Source of the DNA: Mobula hypostoma
Lineage: Eukaryota
Direction: 5' to 3'
Length of the DNA: 64,000 bases
NCBI RefSeq assembly: GCF_963921235.1
Contig: NC_086097.1
Coordinates: 226,550,001-226,614,000 of the forward strand
Under the pieces are notes generated by a model. The model searched no databases. It was not told the DNA's origin and saw nothing but the letters and a program-made list of their open reading frames with translations. Shown piece after piece: positions 10,889 through 21,219 of this stretch. The translations under genes were made by a program, and so were the position numbers. Numbering within the stretch: the first letter of the stretch is position 1; each line of letters opens with the position of its first letter.

Positions 10889-12215
10889 TTCCAGTCCTCA
10901 AGAAGCATTCCAGAAATTAGTGGTTCTTGAAAGATTATTTACTAATGCCTCCACAATCTCTTCAGCTACCTTTTCCAGAACCCTGGGGTGTAGTCCATCT
11001 GGTCCAGGTGACTTATCTACCTTCAGGCTTCGCAGCTTCCCAAGCACCTTCTCCCAAGTGGTAGCAGCACAGTTTTCTAAAGGGGAAATCTTACCTGACA
11101 AATCTGTTGGAATTCTTTGAGGAAATAACAGCCAGGATAGACAAAGAAGAGCCAAAGGAGAGTTTATTTGGATTTTCAGAAGATGCCGCACATGACGCTG
11201 CTTAACAAGGTGCGAGCCCATGATATTACAGGAATGATTAAGCATGGATAAAAGATTGGCTGACTGGCAGGAAGCAAAGAGTGGGAATAAAGGGAGTCTT
11301 TTCTGGTTGGCTGCTGGTGACTGATGATGTGCCACAGGGGTCGGTGTTGGGACCATTTCTTTTCATGTTTTATGTCAATGATTTGGATGAAGGAACTGAT
11401 GGCTTTTGTGGCCAATTTTGTAGACAATATGAAGATAGTTGGAGGGGCAGGTAGTGTTAAGGAAGCAGGGTGTCTGCAAAAACACTTAGACAGATTGGGG
11501 GAAATGGCAAAGAAGTGGCAGATGGAATATAACGTAGGAAGTATGGAATCATGCACTGGTATGAGGAATAAAGGTCTGGAATATTTTCTAAATTGGGAGG
11601 AAATTCAAAAATCAATGTGCAAAGAGATTTGGGAGTTTTTGTGCAGGCATTGGTCAGATCACACTTGGAGTATTGTGAGCACTTTCGGTCCTCTTATCTA
11701 AGAAAAGATGTGCTAGCATTAGAGAGGGTTCCAAGGGGGTTCACAAGAATGATCCCAGGAATGAAAGGGTTAACACATGAGGACATTTGATAGCTCTAGA
11801 CCTGTACTCGCTGGAGTTTAGAAAAATGAGGGGGAGCTCATTGCAACCTATTGAATATTATAAGGTCTGGCTAAAGTTGATATGGAGATAATGTGTGGGG
11901 GAGTCTAGGACTTGTGAGCACAGCCTCATAACTGAGGGACATGCATTTAAAACAGAGATGAGGAACAATTTATTCAGCCAGAGGGTAGTGAATCTGTGGA
12001 ATTCATTGCCCCAGTTGGCTACAGGGTCCAAGTTATTGAGTATGTTTAAAGCGAAGATTGATAGGGTCTTCATTAGTCAGGGCATTAAAGGTTACAGGGA
12101 GAAGGCTGAAAGTTGGGTTTGAGAGGGATAATAAATCACCCATGATGGAATGGTGAAGCAGACTCAAAAGGCCAAATGGCCTACTTCTGCTGTATGTCTA
12201 ATGGTTTTATGGTCT
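10889..12215 (+). mobile_element. 5'-truncated CR1 LINE with short inverted 5' segment (about 10889-11066 on minus)
   Basis: Minus segment encodes LKVDKSPGPDGLHPRVL. Plus segment encodes degenerate RT (VPQGSVLGP, ANFVDNMK, LVRSHLEYC, LERVPRGFTRMIPG, FSQRVVNLWNSLP) and a CR1 3' UTR. Confidence 0.9.
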
Positions 12216-13479
12216 ACACTACGTCCACTCTGTATTATACATAAAGCCATTCCGTATTTTACAACAGATGTCGTCCCTGCTGAGATAATTGTGAGAAAAT
12301 AGTGCATTTAACAAGGTGGGAACTGGAGGTAAATAGCTATTACAGAATAACTATTGCAATAAAGGTGTATATATTTATTTAAACAATTTAGGCAATAGGT
12401 TAGCCCAGAGGCTTTTATCCACTACAACAACATCTGTTGGACTGAGATTTTTTGAAGGATGTTTCATCACCGCTCTCCAGTAGCATTACAGATACTTTTG
12501 ACAATGTACAAAGTCCATGATTAATTGATTTTCATTGGGGTAGTTTATTTAATGGTATGTCTGCACTTTGAATAACTCATCATCTTTCATTACTTCTTCC
12601 TCTTTACGGATTTCTCGTTTGTATTCTCTTGATACAGCAAGCTGACTTCCTCAACAACGACTCTTTCTTTCTGTGCAGAGTGACTGCTGATAAAGGGTGG
12701 TTTCAAACGTTCTTTTCAGCCTGCCCTCTCCAACTTTTTTTCCCCCTCCTGACCACTTCAATCTCACACTTCTCATAGCTCCACCATCTATAGACAGGTC
12801 CTTTGTTTCTTGCTATCTCAGTCCTGATCCTCGTAGGATTTCCCGTGACACCTGGCTTGTGCCTTTTAGGGAAGTTCTTTATCTGCCTTTTCTAAACCTT
12901 CCTGAATGTGAGAGAAACTCTGTTCCATCTGCTTCATCAATTCTCAATGTTTCTCTCTTTTGGATCACACTAATGTCTTTGCTGACCTTCCCAAATTCCT
13001 TTTGCATTTTGAGGCTTCACTCCTACCACATCATTTGTAGTTTTCTATCTAGCCTATTCTCCTACGGCACTTCCTAATGTTTTTTCATTTATGTCAGAGA
13101 ACTCGCTTTGGTCCAAGTCACTCTGCAGATTCTTTCCACCTCAAACCAATCTCTTCTTTGATGTTATTTCCCACTTCTCTTTATCTCCCCACTGAACAAC
13201 GAGCTGCTCAGCTGATCTTCCCGGCTTCCTGTATTTGGGATAAAATATTTCTCTCCAGCAAGCGCTTTCACACATTTCCCATTAAAAGCTTATCTAATCC
13301 ACCTGTCCTCTCTATCTGCCAGCCACCTGTCACTTTCATTTCCCTTCACGTCCTCAAATGTGTTTTAATTCTATTGCAAACCAAATCCTTCACTGTTTGA
13401 ATCCAATCTTCAATCCATTCATTGCATTAGGTCTGATCTGAATATGACCTTTGTCTCATCACCACTCCTCACTCTTCCC

Positions 13480-13750
13480 TCTGGGCCTTCCCTTATGATT
13501 TTACATGGGCAACATACAACCCTAGGTTCCTTTTCCTTGCTTCACCCCATCATCTGCCCATCTCTGTCTCGCCCCTCCCTCTCAATTCTCTATACTGCCC
13601 CTCTTACACTCTTGGTCCTGTTCTATGGCTGTGATCTGAAATGTCCACATCCCTTCATTTCCACAGATGCTGCTTGACCCACTGAGTTCTTCCCCAGCAA
13701 CTTGTTCATTTTTCTTCAGCTTCCAGGATTTGCAATCTCTTGTATCTCTA
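13480..13750 (+). mobile_element. Old, diverged Penelope-like terminal repeat
   Basis: cacagatgctgcttgacccactgagttctt..cagca motif preceded by a pyrimidine-rich tract. Confidence 0.5.
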
Positions 13751-14886
13751 CAACCCTCTTCCATCATCCCTACCATCCAGTCTCATGGGTTGCTCATATA
13801 TGGTCAGTTCCAAGCATAAACATATTATTGGCATTTGCTTTTTCTTCTATCCTATCTCAGTCATCTCTCTAGAAGCATCTAAATGTCTGTCTTTAACCTC
13901 CAGCTCTTACCATCCATTATCATAATCACTTCTGATCCATTACTCCTTTGTTCTGCCCTAATCTTTCCCAGTGTTTCATCCTTCACCAAACTGACCTAAT
14001 TGTGGTTGCCAAAAGTTCTGTGTCACACAAACCTCTGCTGGCATCTCACCTACTCATCCCTAACTTTCACTGACTACATTCCATGGATTTTTGGCTTTAT
14101 ATTCCTTCCTCTATGTCTTCACCCAATCTTACATGGCAAATAATTTCTTCTAGTTTTGGTGCCTTCTCTCTTTCTGTGTTCCATCACTAGTGGCAAAGCC
14201 TTCAGCCAAACCCATTGCTTCTTATTAGAACTTTTTCCCTGGTCACTTTGCCTCACCTGTTGTTTTACACCTGCATTTTAAATCAAACTTTACATTCAGG
14301 CTTTGAATCATATCCATCACCTTTTCATTTAAATGTGTCCTATAAGGTTTTATAAAAATGAAAGTTATTGTTGCATTTTTGCTTCTCTTACTTCCTTCAC
14401 CTTCTTGGCTTTCAGCACAAACCCTCTTCTGAACTGTTAGGGCTGAAACAATACGAGCCTTGCATCTCTTCATCTCTCCACAGCTACTGTCGATGCAACT
14501 CTGTGATAGGTTAAAAGAGATTTTTTTTTCCACAGGCCAAGACAAATTATCATTGTGTTTCCCTTCTGTGAAAGATTGGTATCAGCTTGTAAGTCGTGCT
14601 CCACCTAGTGCTACAGTGCGGCATTTAGTAATGGAAGCAAATTAACTGTTTACCAATCAAAACTGAGATTAGTACGGACAGACTTTATAGACGGCAGAAC
14701 AAGTCTCCAGTTGGAACACAGGCCAAGCTGTGTTTCTGATTTGGTTGTTTTGTTATATGCAGTCTGACTCTCAGCCTGTTTGGCTGCTGTCTGACTTGAT
14801 GATTCTGTGTTTTAGTTAAATTTGGAATTCTCGTCAGGGTGGGAAAGCTCAGGATGCTTTTTATTAAAATGGCAAATATCATTATT

Positions 14887-15646
14887 TGGGGTGATATACT
14901 GCGTCCGGTGCTCCTGATGTGGCCTTCTATATACTGGTGAGACCCGACGCAGACTGGGAGATCGTTTTGCAGAACACCTACACTCTGTCCACCAGAGAAA
15001 GCAAGATCTCCCTGTGGCCACACATTTTAATTCCACATCCCATTCCCATTCTGAAGCCACACTCAGGTTGGAGGAACAACACCTTATATTCCATCTGGGT
15101 AGCCTCCAACCTGATGGCATGAGCATTGACTTTTCTAACTTCCGCTAATGCCCCACATCCCCCTCGTACCCCATCCGTTATTTATTTATATACACACATT
15201 CTTTCTCTCTCTCCTTTTCCTCCCTCTGTCCCTCTGACTATGGCAGAGCAGACTCGATGGGCTGAATGGTCGACTTCTGCTCCTTTGTCTTATGGTCTTA
15301 TGACTATTCCCCTTGCCCATCCTCTGGGTTCCACCCCCCCCGCCCTTTTCCTTCTTCCTGGGCCTCCTGTTCTATGATCTCTCATATCCCTTTTGCCAAT
15401 CACCTGTCCAGCTCTTGGCTCCATCCCTCCCCCTCCTGTCTTCTCCTATCATTTTGGATCTCTCCCCCCCCACCACCACTTTCAAATCTCTTACTAGCTC
15501 TTCCTTCAGTTAGTCCTGACGAAGGGTCTCGGCCCAAAACGTCGACTGTACCTCTTCCTAGAGATGCTGCTTGGCCTGCTGCGTTCACCAGCAACTTTGA
15601 TGTGTGTTGCTTGAATTTCCAGCATCTGCAGAATTCCTCGTGTTTG
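14887..15646 (+). mobile_element. 5'-truncated Penelope-like retroelement: GIY-YIG endonuclease remnant plus pLTR with hammerhead motif
   Basis: Translates GVIYCVRCS*CGLLYTGETRRRLGDRFAEHL...TLRLEEQHLIFHLGSLQPDGMSIDFSNFR* (stop ending 15148). Hammerhead motif at 15512-15547. 10-bp TSD tatcattatt at 14877-14886 and 15647-15656. Confidence 0.92.
15240..15301 (+). mobile_element. About 60-bp CR1 3' tail inserted in the pLTR
   Basis: atggcagagcagactcgatgggctgaatgg..ttctgctcct..tcttatggtctta matches CR1 tails at about 12150-12213 and 22662-22725; flanked by tgactat direct repeats. Confidence 0.8.
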
Positions 15647-16036
15647 TATCATTATTAAGATTGGCTTTGCTTTAGAATTATAGTTTTGTGGATGTGTTCT
15701 AGAAATGTGCAGTTTTATTCTGAAGCAGGTCAGTGTGGCTATCATTAATCCTTTCCCTCCTCAGTTTGTCTCATGAAACTAGTTTTCCTCCTTTCCATTC
15801 TTGCTTTTACCAATTTATTTCCTTTCTTTCCATCTGAAGGTGTTGACTACTTGAGGACTTATGGTTCTAGAAGACCCAATTACCCTCAATATTAGGTCCA
15901 TATTGACATAGGGCATTAAACTAACCTCAAATATTGATTGTCTATGGCGATGCCCTACAGGGCCAATTCCTGACTGTGCCAAATGCATTGAGATCGGTGG
16001 TCAGTAGATAAATTTATTTTGACCAACCCTACAGTT

Positions 16037-16247
16037 TAGCTGGCTACTGGTGTCATGGCATCCGCACCAGTCTTCAAGGCGAGTGGTCCCGGGTTCGAAT
16101 CTGGCCAGCTTCTTGCACGCTTTCCATCCATGCTGGGTTGAGCGTAGGGCTAGCCACCTGGCCTCGTAAAAAAGCAGACAAATGCGAAAGAAAAGGCAAG
16201 GTTGTCGCCCGATGGGCCAGGAGGTGTGAAGAGGAACAACACACACA
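16037..16247 (+). mobile_element. tRNA-derived SINE with (AAC)n tail (probably RTE-mobilised)
   Basis: B-box ggttcgaatc; 12-bp TSD aaccctacagtt at 16025-16036 and 16248-16259; related copies at about 26970-27152 and 35090-35296. Confidence 0.85.
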
Positions 16248-16351
16248 AACCCTACAGTTGCTGAGTCTGGTCATATGTCGGCTGAAGCAACTAACTCAGC
16301 ACAAAGTAGGCCTCAAGCCTGAGACATCTTTGCAACTGTAGTGAGCAAATA

Positions 16352-16871
16352 CAGACATCCCACCCTGCAAAAACTCATTTTAGGGAGGTAGCACCATCAA
16401 TTTGAGGGGGACTTCCGGGAGAGGTGGGACGTCTGCAATAGAGTAGCTCCTTAGCAGCCGGCCAGCTAGTTTAAATAACTTTAGCTATGCTAATGAACGA
16501 ATGACACCTGTTAAACTCACCTCAACATGTCTTTTACAGTCTTAACCCACCATGGGCAATAGAACAGTCACTGTTGCAAACAGTGCCGCGAGCGACACTG
16601 TCATATTTTGACCCCTATTAGGCAGGGGTACACTTTAGGTTAGTCTGGGGTGACGTACGTTTTATATTTTCTTTTTTTGGAACACTGCCATGGCGCGCTC
16701 TCGCTCACGCTCTCTCTCTCTTGTGGTCGCTCGCGCGCTCTCTCTTGCTTTTCTCTCACTCGCTCTCAAAAAAATTGATTTCCGTGATATTGTATATAAT
16801 TTGTGGATATCAGGGAGCTGCTATTAATATGCGGGAGACTCCTGGAAGTTCCGGGAGAGGTGGGATGTCTG
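16352..16871. mobile_element. Non-autonomous DNA transposon (CAGACATCCCACC TIR; hAT-like, superfamily uncertain)
   Basis: 13-bp TIR cagacatcccacc / ggtgggatgtctg; caaata on both flanks; related copy at 38207-38862. Confidence 0.85.
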
Positions 16872-18649
16872 CAAATAGTCACAGCCTGAACCAGTTGAGT
16901 CACTTTAGAGCTATCTTAGAGTTTAATAGAGTCTGACTGGTAAATAGTAACACTAATCAAAACACATCATCTATTCTTTCTGTGTGTTTTTACTCTGTGG
17001 TGCACATATTTTAAATGTTCTATTAAACCCCCTTGACTAAATGAATAGATACTGCCTTCTGTGATATTTTCTAATCAGTTGCTCTTGTCCTGTGTAATCA
17101 GCTCATTTTGATGAAGTGATAAGGAGCAGGCTCTGCTCATCTATTTAATCTGTTCTCATAAGAGAGAAAAAATCCTGGGAGATAACAAAAGTAGTATGTT
17201 TCTCGTGTATTCTCAGCCATTATGGGTTGGATTTGTTTCTGCTGTAATACAAAGGCCAATGCATTCAGTCAGAAGCAGTTCTTTAATGGTGTATCGACCT
17301 GCCTGTTTAGCAACTGCTTAAAATATGAACCTTCTTTGCTCATGTTGATGAAAGACAAATTATCTTGTTTGAAAGCAGTCCTCTTTGTTTATGTTCGCTG
17401 ATTATGAAGGCATTCTCTGTGGGTACATGCAGAAAGGGCATGGATATCATCCAAAAAGCAGCAGGTAATATTAAGGATGAAAGCAATAGTGTGCTCCTTT
17501 TAGGAAGAATTTTAGCTTCGGTGCCAGATACCGTAGCAACAATAGTGTAGCATTACTCCCATTCCTGCAGCATAAATAGTAGCTGGTTTATGGCACGCGC
17601 ATGCACTTTTGTTGCTTTCACTTTTTTTAATGCCCAAGGACTAAATATTGCCAGTACATGTTCAAAAACAGCACAGAGCTTCTGCATTTCTCTTGAAGGA
17701 AGGAAAGAGGTTCTGTAGTTGCACCTGGCAAGAGGTTTTACTGAATTCCAGAAATTGCTGCTGTCAAAATGCAGGTATTTTGATGCATTTTGGAGCATGA
17801 GATATTGCAAGATAATTCACAGAATCAACTGGGAAGCATGATCCATCATTTAAACAATGGAATTCATCTTAACGTTCACTGTCCCTACAGTTCTGTTAAT
17901 GACTGATTTAATTTCCATTCCTCATTATGTAATCTGAAGCAATATTGAAGAGTATAGGACACGGACAATTAAATGTGATGTCCATTTCCAAACATCCAGT
18001 AGGTTGGCCAGTATGTGCCTTATTCCACGCTGGACTTACTATGCAAGCCCTATTGGTGAAACTTCGGTTTAATCCCCTGGGACTTGCAATAGGAGAGAGA
18101 TATAGACACCATGCCAATGAGAAGCAGGACATAGTACCAATTTGAAGCCCTCTCTCTAAATTAGCTTGCAGCTCTTTACAGCTTGCAGTGTGCATTGCTA
18201 CTTTCAAGATCCAGTCAAGTTAGCAATCCTCTGATGCAAACATGCCATTATCCAGAAAAAATGCCTCTTTTTTTTTTTTTGCTTACCTTATTGTGGAGAA
18301 AGTATGATCACTCCTGCTGCTGCATGTAAAATTTTTAGTTATTACTCACCTCCTTCTGATTGCTTTTGGTGAATCGAAGGATTATCTGTTCTGACCTGAA
18401 GCTGTATGTCACATTGGCATATAATAACAAGAATATTGACTTGCTTTGATTAATTAGACCTAACAGCATTTTCATCAAATGTTATTTTGTATTTAAAGGA
18501 TTGAATTCCAGAGTTTGCCTGTTAGACTGTAAAGATAATAAAAATGCTCTTTGTACATGTATAACATTTTTATTATTGTACAGTATTTCCTGTTAACCCT
18601 TTGTCTTTGTATCACAAAATTTAGCAGTTGAAGATAAGTAGGTGGTATA

Positions 18650-19062
18650 TGACTACTTAATGCCTGTTTTGCCACTGGCATTTATGGCAGCAATGAAGGT
18701 CTTCCATCTCTGGGGGTGTTCAAGGCTTCCTTCAATGTGTCAGTTGCTCAGTCTTCAGCTATGCAAGTTCCTGTTGGAGGCTGAAGAATATTGTCACACA
18801 TTCAGGTGTAGAAGGATTCCTCATTGCTGTTTCTGTAACAGTTTTGTTTGACCAGTCAGGGTTGTTAGGCCTGAACTGAACATCCGAACCCGAAGGACCA
18901 ATGGACCCCTCTTGGTCTGGCCACTACCCCTTGACCTGTTTGGCATGAGTGATCCTACTAAGAGCCAAAGTACAAGGCCCTGACTCCAGCCAACATGGCT
19001 CTCAGGTCATTGAGGCGTGCAAGCCTCCAAATCATGACAAGGCTGTGGTCCTCGTGAAGGAT
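18650..19062 (-). mobile_element. Non-autonomous RTE-related retroelement
   Basis: gaccagtcagggttgttag.cct..., gacctgtttggcatg.gtga.cctac and caagcctcc motifs resembling RTE 5' UTR sequence; partly similar to 26040-26170. Confidence 0.55.
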
Positions 19063-19621
19063 ATGGTATATCGAAGTACCTCAAAACTACAACACAGAAA
19101 CAGGTGACATGGCCCAACCATCCATGGCTTTTATACTCAATTATATCAAGTGGATCTCCAGATTCTCCCCTTCCTCCTCATAACAGTAAGCCTGGTAGAA
19201 TTCCAAGGGAAAAGCAAATCGGGATTTACTTAAATCTTTGTGATTAAGATGTGGTTGCCGCCCCTTGTGAACCTCTGAGCAATCTGCTTTTCTCAATGAA
19301 GATTTCAGTCCAGGATGTCACTGTATGCATTGCAGTGGTTTAATACTTTGTCAGCCCGTTCTGATTTTCTCAAGCTGCACCCCAATTGCAGAGAGGGAGA
19401 GTTGCAAATAAGACCCATCCTTTCAGTCTTTCTGCTCTGTGGTGGGCAGATGATGGGATTTACTGTCAACTCCCAGGAAAGGAGGGTAGACGCAAATGAA
19501 TGTAACCTGTACGATGGCCTGGCAGGACATCTTTTCTGGGGCACTCCAAAAACAGAGAGAAACTTGAAGAAAAAATCCAGGAAACCAATTGTTGAAATAA
19601 AATGTAACTCTGATAGCTCTG

Positions 19622-20015
19622 TAGGCCATGACTCTGTGGGTAGCACTCTCGCTCTGGGTAAAAGGCTCAGGTTGTGAGTACAAAATATTCAGCCTGACAC
19701 ATCAGCGCAGCATCAAGGGAATACTGTACTGCTACATTTGCCTTCATTTCGAAAAGGTATTTGGCTGAGACCCCCTCTCAAGAGATCACAAGAGATCCCA
19801 TATCCTTACTCTGAAAAGGAGCAAGCGGTGTTCTATTCATACCAAATCCTCAACCAACATTACTGAATGAAACAGATAATCTAATTATTATCACATTGCT
19901 TGGAGCTTGTGTGCAAAATGTCTGCTATTGCACAAGTTTTAAACAGGGTGCTGCTGTTCAGTAGCCTTCATGGACAAAGCACTTTGGAATGCCCTTAGAT
20001 TATAAATCTACTATA
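19622..20015 (+). mobile_element. Ancient DeuSINE (SacSINE1-like) copy
   Basis: Head gtgggtagcactctcgctctg, gcctgacac..cagcgcagca..agggaatactgtactg core, agatccca, and LINE-like tail aaagcactttggaatgcc. Recognised from memory of the family. Confidence 0.6.
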
Positions 20016-20336
20016 TTAATATTAGTGGTTCTTTATTCCTGACTCTTTATTTTACCTATGTTGTCACTGAGGTGGAAAGGAGACTAAAACATAACAGAAA
20101 ATGATGCAAGTAAGAAAGGGGATTAGTTGGGCCAACCTTGTGTCTTTTCCAGTGAATAATTTACAAGAGCTTTTGTGTTGCAAATCTTGTAGGGTAGAAA
20201 ACAGTGCATAAAGCAGAAAAAGAAAATTAAGAGGAATTGCAAAATCATTTTTATAATGAATTAATTGGAAAAAAGCTCCAAAATTGAATTTATAAAATTT
20301 GGACATTAATTTGCATCGTAATAGATAATAGTGGGA

Positions 20337-21054
20337 ATGTTATGGGAAGCAAGTGAGACAAATCCAGTACAATTTTTAGTCATATGCACAATTATGGTGA
20401 GACAGAGATACGTTGAAAAGCTAGCTTGCAGCAACATCACAGGCACAAGTTGACTTGATCTTTCAGTCAGATCACCAGCATGTACTTTTCTGCCCGATCC
20501 CAATTGTTTATGATTCATATTCTGCCCAAGTATCGATCACACACAAGGAGAACTGAGCTGACACAGCCCTCCGAGAAAGAGTTTTAAATATTAACACCAC
20601 TTTATAAAAGGAAGTTTCTCTCATGTTAAGCCTGTGCAAGTCCATTACGGATTCTAGGACAAGGCCCTAGACTTTCCATGCTGAGCAAGGAACTTCACTG
20701 TCCAGCCTGTCAACATTTTTTGTTCCAAAGAAAGTGTGCTTATAAACACTGACAGGAACAATAGAGAGTCTGAAGAAGCTATGGTCAGCTGAGTCCTTGA
20801 AATGCCTCAGGAATTGATGCGTAACTTTCAGAAGCTAATTTTTGGGGGTAATGATGATATTAAGTTAGGTAGCAGTAAACAATAACTGTCTAGAACTGCT
20901 CAACTTGAGTATAAGCTTGCTTTCATTCAATTAAAACTGAACATGAGTAACAAAACTGCAATATACTATTTTAGGAAGAAATACTATCTGCTTACATGAG
21001 AAAATGTGATGGGCTGGATTGTACTGGATTTGTCTCACTTGCTTCCCATAACAT
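20337..21054. repeat. Perfect 37-bp inverted repeat pair
   Basis: atgttatgggaagcaagtgagacaaatccagtacaat (20337-20373) is the exact reverse complement of 21018-21054. Confidence 0.95.
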
Positions 21055-21219
21055 CTACCTAAATTTACCTGCACCAGAGGCAGAGGACTGAATGGGAGTT
21101 GGGAAAAAATGAATCAAAGGTGATGAAACTTCGGGCAGCTTATTGCTCCTGAAGCTGCCTAAAAGACTTGGATAGCTCGCTATTGATAATCAGGAATGTT
21201 GAGAATTTATTTATCTAGA

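Noticed and set aside
12697..13400. 126-aa and 107-aa ORFs
   Set aside because: Pyrimidine-rich, stop-poor sequence, probably a very old retroelement remnant.
16037..16110. tRNA gene
   Set aside because: A/B-box-like head without a full cloverleaf, followed by SINE body, tail and TSD; the same applies to 10571 and 35090.
19305..19683. Overlapping 86-120 aa ORFs
   Set aside because: No recognisable protein similarity; partly overlaps an old SINE head.
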